Part shown: positions 27,971 to 38,384 of the stretch, in pieces
Layout of the letters: each line of letters opens with the position of its first letter
How positions within the stretch are numbered: position 1 is the first letter of the stretch
Source: Gekko japonicus
Taxonomy: Eukaryota
Assembly: GCF_001447785.1 (NCBI RefSeq)
Contig: NW_015167177.1
Coordinates: 1-64,000, forward strand
Length of the DNA: 64,000 bases
Reading direction: 5' to 3'
Made by a program: the position numbers and the translations under genes
Notes under the pieces: model-generated
Seen by the model: only the letters and a program-made list of their open reading frames with translations
The model's database searches: none
Told to the model about the DNA's origin: nothing

Positions 27971-29379
27971 AATCAGCACTAAAATCATATAGAACAGTAA
28001 TGTTTCTTAAATACTATGTTTACACCAAATGTCCTGCATATTGCCATTTCTTATGCTTATTCTGCAGTAATGCAAACTTTGCAGAGAGCAAGACTTGAAC
28101 CAAGTGAGAAGCTCAACAAGTATTACAGCTGTTTGGGTAAGCTAACATTTAATACCACTTGTTAGCATATTCTGTTGACTTTTCTCTTTCCTTCATGAAG
28201 TGGTATGCAATACCGTCTTCATTAGCCTCACTTAAAATATATTATGACTTATACAATAAAACTATTCATATTGTGTTATTGTTAGTACATTTTAGACACA
28301 AGAAGGCTGACTACAATAATCTTTACACATTTAATATACAGAATAAGACTACTGCTAGAAAGGCCTATCCCTACATGAGCCAAGGCAAGATTTCCTTGGA
28401 AGTAAGCTACTCTAAAAACCAATGTTTTTCCCCTCAGAAAATACACTTAAGAATGAGATATAAATGTAAATTCATCTTTCAAGAACCATAGTTCTAAACA
28501 GACTCTGCATGCAGCAGATAAGCACTTTTTAGAACAGTGTTCAGGCTTTCCACTTGCTACAAAGACTGCAGGCAAGTTTAAGTAGCATGAGCTACAAAAT
28601 TAACCCCAAAAAGTGTTTTGCGTTTTGACTGGGTACTGATAACACAAGCTTAATGAGACTGTCTCATCACGATGATCTTTTGGACTACATAAGTCAGAAA
28701 TTTATTTTGGTCTGCTTATTCTATTCTACATAAGTATCATCCATAGAAGACTTTGATCACTTTCTGAGAACTGCGTGATTTGAATCCCGCTCTTCAACTG
28801 CAGTGCAAATACTATATTATTTTACACTGTCGGGCACAAGAAATCAGTGAATCAGCTCACACCACATAGCACACCCCACACGTTAAGCACTCTTCCTTCT
28901 TCTCCCCATTAGTAAAATTGCAACACTTGCTCCTGCATTAGACCCCCCTCCCTCAGAATCCAAAATCAGCCACTGGGGCCCTGCGTCAAGCAACCTACAG
29001 AGGCACCCTCAATATTGAACGCTATTCCCTAGGAAGTTTGTCACACCTCTTTCGAGTTGCATTATTATTATTATTATTATTGAGTATGGGTAGATGTGTG
29101 CCAGCCAGCCATCTTTTCAAGACCCTAACTGTTTTTTTAACTCTAATTTATTTTTAACCTAGGAGTTGATTTATAAATTCCTCTTATATTTTTAATGACA
29201 GAACAGTTAGAATAAACTACATACATTTTACTTTTTAAAAAAGAGGTATGGCGTAACTGCATTGTACTAACGCAAGCCACTTTAATTAGTCCATAGAGTC
29301 ACATGAAGATGCATGAAAATAAGCTTCTTAAAACGCAGAACTGCCCTTTCCCATCATTTAAACGCCTAACTCCCTATAA

Positions 29380-30000
29380 CTCAGCAGTTTGCTTCCCCAC
29401 CACCCACACGCATCTTATCTGCTAACCCATACCCTAACCCAGAAGATTTTCACTCAACACCCCCACCCTTATTTCTTCACAGTCAGCCCTCTGGGCTTGT
29501 TGATCTCGTTCCTTCTCTCACCCGAATTGCTAACACTAGGCAGCGGCTTCCCCGTACCGCCAACAAAACTGTTGCAACTACCCGGCTTCCCCCAGTCCTC
29601 TACGCAGCTCCACCCCAACGCCCAACGTACGGGAACGGAAGACGGCAACCGTAGGTCGTTCACTCCTCCCCCTTCTCGTGCTGCCGCGAAGGGTTTCTGG
29701 CTACAAAAACTTATTCTGTTAGAGCAGCTAAGCCACCTGCGGAGCTCCCGTCGCCCGGAAGCCAAAGGCCTTCTGTGTTCTTGGCGTAAAGGAAATGGAC
29801 AAGCCCCTTTCTTACCACTATGAAGCCGTACCGAACCGCGGACTTCAGAGCTCACCCCAAAAAGCCACACAACCCATTGTCTGTTTACTCAGAAGTCCTA
29901 GAGCTCCAGTGGGCTTCCTTACGAGAAAGAATTCACTATATCAGAGCCGCTTCAGCCATTCCTTCCTCTCCACGCTCCCAACCTCCATTCCCCCAAGCTT
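29380..30000 (-). promoter_or_regulatory. HENMT1: CpG-rich region, probable HENMT1 promoter and non-coding first exon
   Basis: Local CpG enrichment 1.5-2 kb upstream of the first coding exon. Several minus-strand donor-like sites: GCG|GTACGG at 29557, GTG|GTAAGA at 29815, GGG|GTGAGC at 29855. Confidence 0.55.
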
Positions 30001-30313
30001 TAAAAATGCGCCTTATCGTGCTATCTTCCTCTCACACATGGGCACAATCAGATCGTCACCTTTTCTTGACACAGGTGCCACTAAAGCTTTTTTTTAAAGC
30101 ATTTTCTGTTTCTTCTAGCAGTGGTATGAGGCGGCTAACAAATCCAACAGGTGCAGCTTTTGTTGCAGTGATGACGGAAATCATCTCCTGTACTCCTTGG
30201 TGTCCTGCAGCTGTTTAAAGGCACAGGTCCGAGCCTCAGGTGTTTCTATCATCCACCAAGGTTTGATCACTTTAATTTAATGGGATTTATAAACCAGTAC
30301 TTCTAATGTATGT

Positions 30314-31170
30314 TAAGTTGCCAACCTCCAGGGGGTGGCTGGAGATCTGTTATTACAATTGCTCTTCAAATGACCAGGATCAGTTCCCCTGGAGAAACTG
30401 GGTGCTTTGGAGGGTGCAGCTCTATGGCATATACCCAGCAGAGGCCCCTCCCCAGCCTGTGCTCCAAAATCTCCCAACCTAAAGTTGGCAACCCTATTAT
30501 ATGTGCAATTTCCATTTCAAACAACTAATTGCTGGGACTGACCTACTTTAGGATGACTTGTTCTAGAATACTTTGGAGAATCAGTGTGGTACAATGGCTG
30601 GGAAGCTCTGACTCTGAAAATGTTATACTCCAAAAATCTTGAAGGTCTCTAAGGTGCTACTGGACTCCAATCTGGCTGTTGTACTGCAGATCAACAGGGA
30701 GAAAGGCCTGGAGATCCCTCAGAATTACACTGATCTCCAAAGGACAGAGAGCTGTTCTCCTGAAGAAAATGGCTGCTTTGGTGGCTAGACTCTATGCCAC
30801 TATAACCCCCAGGACTCTCCCTCCCTAACCACAGGCTCTCCAGGCTCCACCCCCAACCCCCCAAGAGTTTCCCAACCGAGAGCTGGCAACTCTAGGTTGG
30901 GTTGTTGGACTAGGACTTCGGAATCCTATATTAACTTTACCACAAAGCACTCTGGGTGACCTACCTCCAGGTGGTGGTGGGAGATCTCCTGCTATTACAA
31001 CTTATTTCTAGATGACAGAGATCTATAAACCTGGAGAAAATGGCCTCTTTGAAAGGTGGACTCTATGGCATTATACCCTACGGAAGTCCTTCCCGTCCCC
31101 AAACCCTGCTTTCCTCAGGCTCCATCCGCCAAATCTCCAGGTATTTCCCAATCCAGAGCTGGCAACCTTA
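30314..31170 (+). mobile_element. Three copies of a ~190-bp (T)AGGGTTGCCA-ended MITE (30314-30496, ~30705-30894, 30962-31170), nested with PLE and SINE fragments
   Basis: Shared body ggagatct..ttacaa..gaaaatggc..gactctatg..caggctccacccc..ttcccaac..ggcaac(c/t)(c/t)ta. A PLE-end fragment ctaaggtgctactggactc lies at ~30600-30695. Confidence 0.75.
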
Positions 31171-31219
31171 GTCTTGTGGCACATTAAAAACTAATAATTT
31201 GAATGGTATGTCTTCTTGA

Positions 31220-31289
31220 GAAAATGGTGTGTCTTCTTGAGAAAAAATAAATATAAGACAGTGTCTTATTGTCGGGAAAACACGGTATA
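31220..31289. mobile_element. Tc1/mariner-pogo-like terminal fragment
   Basis: ataagacagtgtcttatt..gggaaaacacggta ending at TA. Confidence 0.45.
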
Positions 31290-31291
31290 TA

Positions 31292-31778
31292 CAGGGGTCA
31301 TTTCGTAGAAAAAGAGCTAGGGGAACTCATTAGCATAACTCATTAGCATATACCACACCCCCTGACATCACCGGAAGTGTGTCATAAGGCCACACCCCCT
31401 GACATAAGGCCACACCCCCTGACATCACCGGAAGTGTGTCATAAGGCCACACACCCCACCCCCAACGGTCCTGGTCGCCGCCGCCGGCCTTGCAGCTCCA
31501 CTGCTGAGCCCCATGAGGGGCCCGGCGGTGGACCTGCAAGGCCAGCGGGAGTGCAAGGAAGCCCCGCGAAGGCCCTCCCTGGCCGCTGGCAGGCAGGGAT
31601 GTGGAGAGGCAGGGAGGAAGCAACTTACCCTTCCTCTTCTCCTGCCTCCTCCTAGCTGAATGAGGGCCGGAAGCGGGGCGGCCAGAAGCAGGGGGGGGGG
31701 CTTCGTCATGTGCCCCGCCCCCAGTACCTCACCCGGGGGAACTGCGTTCCGCCGCATTCCCCCCCGAAATGACCTCTG
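31292..31778 (+). mobile_element. hAT-type MITE with an internal motif array (copy 1)
   Basis: TIRs CAGGGGTCATTTCG and CGAAATGACCTCTG. Highly similar to the inverted copy at 35024-35358. Confidence 0.85.
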
Positions 31779-31869
31779 CCTGAAAGACGCAGGCCTGATG
31801 ATCTGGTTTCTGTCGCTGATCACAGTCCCAGTTTGGGGAAGATAACTAGTTACTGACTTCACTGGTACC

Positions 31870-32076
31870 CAGGGTTGGCAGCTCTGGGTTGGGAGATACC
31901 TGGAGATTTGGGGGTGGAGCCTGAGGTCGGTGGCCTTTGGGGAGGGGAGGGACTTCAATGGGGTATAATGCCATAGGGTCCACCTTCCAAAGCGGCTACT
32001 TTCTCCATGTGAATTGATCTTTGTCGCCTGGAGATCAGTTGTAATAGCAGGTCTCCAGCCACCACCTGGAGGTTGC
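31870..32076 (-). mobile_element. AGGGTTGCCA-family MITE (fourth copy, inverted)
   Basis: Reverse complement of the 30962-31170 body. Confidence 0.8.
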
Positions 32077-32146
32077 ATGTGGCTGTCCCCTGGGCTCTTT
32101 ACTGCGGGAGCTCTTGCTCCTGTGCATTCCAGCAGGAAATAACCCC

Positions 32147-32168
32147 TGTGTACATATGTGTGTGTATG

Positions 32169-32201
<33 letters not shown>

Positions 32202-32209
32202 ATACACAC
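32147..32209. repeat. (TG)n/(TA)n microsatellite
   Basis: Read directly from the sequence. Confidence 0.9.
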
Positions 32210-32900
32210 TAGGGAGAAGGCCCGTTGTGGTAAGGAAGACAACAAGCCCTAGAGAGGCCGCGGTCCCCTTGTTTGTTCCTGCACCCAAAAGACCGCCGGC
32301 CGAGGCCCCAGCAGGCCAAGCCAGAAGCAGTCGCCCATTTCCTGGACCCGCTGGAGGCGGTGGCGGGCTTGGGCGCCAAGCGTCCTCCCCCCTGATCAAC
32401 ACCCAGCAGCATCAGCTGTGTGAGGCTCATCGGCCTCGACTCCCCCCCATTCAAGGTCCTGGTGGGCCAGGGCGCCCAGCCTGGCCCTTCCCGCTAGTGC
32501 GGCTCCCCACAGCCTCAGCTGCCTCAACAGCACCAGACTCAGCAGGCTCGTCGCCCCCCCCCCCCCCCCCCCGCTGGAGGCCCCAGCGGGCGAGGCCACC
32601 CCGCTTTGTCCCTTCCCTTGGTGCAGCTGTCCCAATCCCCAGCGACAGTGGCAGAGTGACCATCCTCCTCCCTTCTCCCTCCCCCTTGAGCACCCCACCA
32701 GACCCTTCCCTCATCGTCCTTTCCCTCGCCGCAGCATCTGTCCTGTGTGCCTGAGATGAAGTTGTCTTGTGAGTTGAGTTCCGGCGCCTGCTGCCTCTGT
32801 GGGCAGGACGTAGCCAACCCAGCCAGTTGCCAGGGACCCGTTTGTGAGTGGCAGTCCAGGCGACCAACTGATTTTGGCGTGAATCAAATCCTGCCACCCC
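32210..32900. promoter_or_regulatory. Second GC/CpG-rich island of unknown role between HENMT1 and PRPF38B
   Basis: High GC, many CpGs and a poly-C run at ~32554-32572. No recognisable protein. Confidence 0.35.
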
Positions 32901-33757
32901 ATAGGAGAGAGGGCACCCCAAATCAGCTTTATAATATAGAGAGATACCATTTCCATGTCTTCACAATGCACGTCTGGCAAAGTAAGGTCAATATTGTCTA
33001 ATGTGCAGCCTGATTCTATGTATGTTTGTTCAGAAGTAAATACCACTAAGTTCAATGGAGCCTAGTCCTCCGTAAATGTACACAGGATTGCAGAAATATT
33101 AAAATGTTCCATAAGAATATTTTTCTAAAATGTAGAAGTCATAGTTATATTCCAAAAGAAACAGAACAGAAATAGCTTTAAGTTCTAAGTTACTAGAAGT
33201 CTTATTAAAATGTTTTAATAACTTCTAGGATCAGAGTATTCTAGATTTGTTTACCATACCCTATTTCCAGCATCTTTTAAAATATGGCATAAAAAAGATA
33301 TTTTCACTTGTCATGCACTGTACTTTGATCAAAATTATAATTGACAATGATAGCAAAAGAAGCACTGGCAGAGATGCTATCAGAAGACATTCAACACCAG
33401 AATAACTGAATAAATATTGTTAACATTGCTTATATTTCAAGGGAAATCCACCTCAAAGGAACCTGCAGAGAAGTCATTACTAGAGATAGATATTGGAATA
33501 TTCTTCACACTTTTTCCTTTTCTGTGAAGATCCTGTGATCATTATATACATGAGTTCTCCCCACCATCACCACCCATCTTCCAATATGACTTGGGTCAGC
33601 AATTATGAGAATTATCATCAAATTGCCTTCATCCAGAATCTTTAACTGGCCATTTACTCATCTGCTTGAATCATATAATGGCATATCATAAATCCTTAGG
33701 CAGTTCTAAGAGCTATTACTACTTTACAAAACAGTAGCGAATGCCACAGATAGTCTG

Positions 33758-33848
33758 TGGCAGCAGTAACAAAGAAGTCTACAACACTATACAGACTTAT
33801 GTGACACGAGCATTTGTGGAATAGAGCTCACTTCATCAGAGGCAAGAT
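33758..33848 (-). mobile_element. PLE terminal fragment with a degenerate hammerhead motif
   Basis: Minus strand tCTGATGAagtgagctctattccacaaatgctc: CUGAUGA intact, GAAA core mutated. Confidence 0.55.
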
Positions 33849-34305
33849 GTGCATTCTCAGTTGGCAGATATATATACACTGGAAAAAGAAATGTAAGTAA
33901 TGGAGTCAAAAGTCAATGAAAAAGTCCAGTCTGTGGACATTGACAGCTATATATATCTCATGTTGGAGGATTAGCCATGAATGAACTCCTGATGGTATGA
34001 TTGATGCTACTAGGCCCTGTCGTAGTGGGGTGGATTCTACACCTATACTATCATTCCACAGAGCAAACTTTATTAATTAAAATATTTATATTCCACATTT
34101 CCTTTTGGTTCAAGAAATCCACTTGAGAGGAAGAGCAACTTAAGAAGGAAGAAGGGCTAATTGGAGGATGATTGGATCCACCCGAGTGTTTCATTAATTG
34201 ATATGGAAAGAGATTGCATCTGGGTTTGTTGATCTCTGGGCTGGTGGTTCATTGTTGCTGGTCAGCAAACTTTCATGTTAAGAGGAGTCCGTCTGATAAA
34301 ATGTC

Positions 34306-34984
34306 TGTGTCATGGGTCAGCCAGAGTTCACCAATACCAAAGACTCCTTTGGGAGAAGGAGCCCAGCCTTGAATTATCAGAAGTTGAATGAGATGCAGAC
34401 TTGTCAGGATTCATAGCCAACAGCTGGTGCAGAAACAGTGATTCAGCCCTGATTCAGCAGGTGAACCTCAGCCATTCCCAGCCTACCAGTATCTCCTACA
34501 CCCTTAGAGCACAGCAGACAGAGGCTGAGAACAGAACTACAGGCAATAAGGCAGAGTAAATGCCTTTTAGACCGATGCCAGCTGCTTGCTGATGACAAAG
34601 ATGAGTAGTTGCAGGATTACTTCTGAGCAGCTGCTGCAAGCATGACCCTGAGGCATGGGGTTATAAAAACCAGCCAAGAGAGGCTGTCGGAAAGCAATGT
34701 GCACAATAGATGCTAAACCACTGATTCTACCTTGCCTAATTCTTGGAAGCCTGACCTTGGACTGAATGTCCTTGCCTAGCCTGACTTCTGGAACCCTGAC
34801 TTTGAAATGTATGACCCTGCCCTGCCTGACTTCTGGAACTTGGTTCTCAGAGCCTGCAAGCCAGTACAGCATGCCACATGCCACTCAAGGCCTGTGAGAG
34901 AGAAGTATCATTGTGTAGGACAGCCAGTTAAGATATGCCTCCCTGCCTGCCAAGATGGGTGGCAGCTAGAGAAAGGCTGTCACA
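34306..34984 (+). mobile_element. Solo-LTR-like element
   Basis: TGTGTCA...TGTCACA termini, flanks ATGTC / ATATC, TATAAAA at ~34662 and downstream subrepeats gcctgacttctggaac. Confidence 0.5.
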
Positions 34985-35009
34985 ATATCTCTCTTAATTT
35001 GCGTGGTTA

Positions 35010-36169
35010 GGTATGATGTGGTTCAGAGGTCATTTCGGGGGGGAACGCGGGGGAACGCAGTTCCCCCGGGTGAGGTGCAGGGGGCGGGGCACATGATGAA
35101 GCCCCGCCCCCTGCTTCCGGCCGCCCCGCTTCCAGCCCTCATTCAGCCAGGAGGAGGCAGGAGGAGGGTAAGTTGCTTCCTCCCCGCCTCTCCCCACCCC
35201 TGCCTGCCTGGGGCCAGGGAGGGCCTTGGCGGGGCTTCCTCGCACTCCCGCTGGCCTTGCAGGTCCACCGCCGGGCCCCTGATATCAGGGTGTGTGGCAT
35301 ATGCTAATGAGTTATGCTAATGAGTCCCCCTAGCTCTTTTTCTATGAAATGACCCCTGATGTGGTTTAAAATTTCTTTTATTTCTTTCTCTCACTCAGGT
35401 AGGTAACTCTGCCATCAGGAAATTAATTCCAGTCTTATTAATTAACCTTTTCCACAGTACTATGTCCAAGCTCTAAGGCTCCTTCGTTGGACTATGTGGT
35501 CCTGAGGATGAGACTCTTATATTTTAAACAGCATATGACTCTGGGTTAACAATCGGTTAACAATAAACGAGATAAAACTTTATTTGAACAAGAAGCCTAT
35601 TGGTTACAAGATGTTTGTAACTTGTCTCTTCAGTGAATAAAACATAATATAAAACAGTGTATGTTAATAACTACCAACTGAGATATCACACTCTCTTACT
35701 CTCAACCACTCCTCTTTCTCAAACTCTTCCTTCTTTCAGAATGTACCTTCTCCAACCTTTATTATGTTGTTCAGTTAAATCTTTTTAACTCAGGTTTCTG
35801 TCAGCTTTTTTCTCTCACACTCTTATAATACTCTGACAATATTAGATTTTGACTCTCTCTCATTGCTAATATGCTCCCTGAAGTACTTTAGTTTCTCCTT
35901 TAGAATCTTAATACCTTTCACAGCACTAATATGGGATTCTAATTAGAAGACTGCTTCTCCTACTACTGACCACAACTGACAGCTGCTGACTGAACAGACT
36001 GCCTTCTCTCTCTACACACACACACACACACTTCTTAGCTCCGCCCATACACTCTCAGTCACCAACCAATCACCTCACTCCCTCATCTCCCTCTTTTACC
36101 TCCCTTGTTTTTCTGAAACTTACCAACCATTTAAAGAAACACACACTCATAACTTGAAATCATTATACA
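35010..36169 (-). mobile_element. Solo-LTR-like element with a MITE inserted 14 bp from its left end
   Basis: Termini GGTATGATG...CATTATACA (imperfect inverted repeat), flanks GGTTA / GGCTA, and minus-strand AATAAA at ~35578. Confidence 0.5.
35024..35358 (-). mobile_element. hAT-type MITE (copy 2, inverted relative to 31292-31778)
   Basis: TIRs CAGAGGTCATTTCG and TGAAATGACCCCTG. Perfect 8-bp TSD ATGTGGTT. Confidence 0.9.
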
Positions 36170-36325
36170 GGCTAGTTTCATTGGTGGCATCTTGCCTTTG
36201 AATACCCTTCCCCTGAGGTGTGCCTAATGGTTGTTCTGTTTTTTTAAAAAAAAATTGATGTTTTTTATTTTCTTCATTTATACCCCACCTTTCTCCATGA
36301 TCGGAAACCAAAGCAACATACATTG

Positions 36326-36327
36326 TT

Positions 36328-36362
<35 letters not shown>

Positions 36363-37950
36363 TTCGATTTATATCCCACCCTCCCCACCAGGCTCAGGAT
36401 GGCTTACATAAAAAGTTAAAACACACATAAAACAACACAGATATGAAAGAATAATAAATAATACTAAACACTTATACCAATCATAAAGTGCTAGTAAAAT
36501 GGTGAAGGCAGTAATAGTATTGCATAGCGATGATAATAACAGGTCATGGTGGAATAGTCCTAATGGAATATAGTCAGTGTTGGAATTCAGGTTATCTAAC
36601 CCATTTATACTGGCAGGTGCAGGCTGCTGCTGGTGATTCCAGGAGGGAAGGCATGGTGGAAGAGCTTCGTCTTGCAGGACCTGTGGAACTGTAAAAGGTC
36701 CCACAGGGCCCTGATGTCTTCTGGAAGCTCGTTCCACCAGCATGGAGCTGCCACTGAGAAGGCCCTAGCCCTGGTTGAGGCCAGACTGGCATCTTTGAGA
36801 CCAGGGAGGGTCAGACAATTTTGAGACCCTGAATGCAGTGCTCTCTGGGGAACATGTGGGGAAAGGTGGTCCCTCAGGTATGTAGGCCCTTGACCATAAA
36901 GGGCTTTAAAGGTAAGAACCAGCACCTTGAAACAAATTCAGTATGCTATCGGCAGCCAGTGTAGTGCTTTCAGTACAGGCTGGATGTGCTCCCACATGGA
37001 GAGACCCATCAAGAGCCTGGCTGCAGCATTTTGCACTAGCTGTAGCTTCCGGATTTGCGACAAGGGCAGCCCTATATAGAGAGCATTACAGTAGTCTAAT
37101 ATCAAGGTGACCATCACATGGATCACTGTTGCCAAGTCATTGCATTCAAGGAAGGGAACCAACTGCCTAATCAGCCGAAGATAGTAAAAGGCTGACTTGG
37201 CAGTGGCTGCTACCTGGGCCTCCATTGTTAAGAAGGCATCCAGGAGCACTCCCAAACTCCAAACCTTCGGTGCTGGCACCAACGGAGCCCCATCAAAGGT
37301 CGGGAGTGGGATCCCTAATCCTGGGCCACTCCAACTCAGGCCCAGGACCTCCGTCTTCGTCGGATTCAATTTCAATCGGTTCAGTCTAAGCCATACGGCC
37401 ACAGCTTGTAATACCAGGTCCAGATCTTCTGGTCTAGAGTCAGACTGACCGCCCAACATCAGATAGAGCTGGGTGTCATCCACATACTGGTGATATCCCA
37501 GCCGATGCTTCTGGGGAATCTGGGCAAGGGGGCACATGTAGATGTTGAATAACATTGGGGAAAGCAGCATCCCTTGGGGCACTCCGCAAATCAGATGGTG
37601 CCTTTGGGACAGCTATTCCCCTAATACCACCCTTTGTCCCCCACCCTGGAGGAAGGAGGTAAGCCATTGCAAGGCAGACCCCTGGACCCCATTGTCGGTG
37701 AGGCAGTGGATCAGTAGCTGATGGTCGACCATGTCAAACACTGCCGACAGGTCCAACAACAACAGCACCGCCGATCCGTCCGGATCCAGATGTCTCTGGA
37801 GGTCGTCCGTGAGAGCAACCAGTGCCGTCTCCGTCCCATAGCCTTGGCGAAAACCAGACTGAAAGGGATCTAACATGGAAGTGGCATCCATAAAGCTCTG
37901 CAACTGTGTTGCCACTGCTCTCTCAATTATTTTGCCCATACAGGGCAATT
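36326..37950 (-). mobile_element. L2-clade LINE, 5'-truncated and decayed
   Basis: DPFQSGFRQGYGTETALVAL..DLSAVFDMVDH, PQGMLLSPMLFNIYM..YVDDTQLY and DYCNALYIGLP..LQLVQNAAARL. (TAAA)n tail at 36326-36363. Confidence 0.92.
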
Positions 37951-38171
37951 CTGCTCACCTCCATTCTATCTGCACAACAATCCTAAGCAGGTCTACTCAG
38001 AATCCTACTCAGGTATATATTCAGTAGGGCTTACTCCTAGGAAAATGTTCTTATCAATCACACTATCCCATTACATAGAAAAAGAGTATCCTGGTTCCAT
38101 AGGGTGGGTATTGAAAGATGAACATGATTAGATCCTACATTATTTGATGTCAGTTGAAATCAACCATATGG

Positions 38172-38382
38172 CGGAGGAAGAGGAGGAGAAGGAGGAGGAA
38201 GAGAAAAAGGAGGAGAAGAAGAGATTGGATTTATACCCTGCCCTTCACTTGGAGTCTGAGCAGCTTACAAATCTCCTTTCCCTTCTTCTCCCCACAACAG
38301 ACACCCTGAGGTAGGTGGGGGCGTGGGGCTGAGAGAACTGTGACTGATCCAAGGTCACACCAGCAGCTGCATGTGGAAGAGT
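38172..38382 (-). mobile_element. Squam3-like SINE 3' part with a (CTT/CCT)n tail
   Basis: cttctccccacaacagacaccctgaggtaggtgggg..gctgagagaactgtgact..aaggtcac is the reverse complement of the 22339 family. GGA/GAA repeat at 38174-38224. Confidence 0.8.
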
Positions 38383-38384
38383 GG

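Noticed and set aside
31352-31455. CRISPR-like repeat array
   Set aside because: The repeats are contiguous tandem units with no unique spacers, inside a eukaryotic MITE, and there are no cas genes.
31425-32402. 325-aa ORF, the longest in the window
   Set aside because: Runs through two MITEs, a microsatellite (HTHTHT) and GC-rich DNA. No domain-like sequence; stop codons are scarce because of base composition.
31292-35358. Composite transposon formed by the two inverted MITEs
   Set aside because: The outer flanks do not match (GGTATATA versus ATGTGGTT), and copy 2 has its own TSD, so the insertions were independent.
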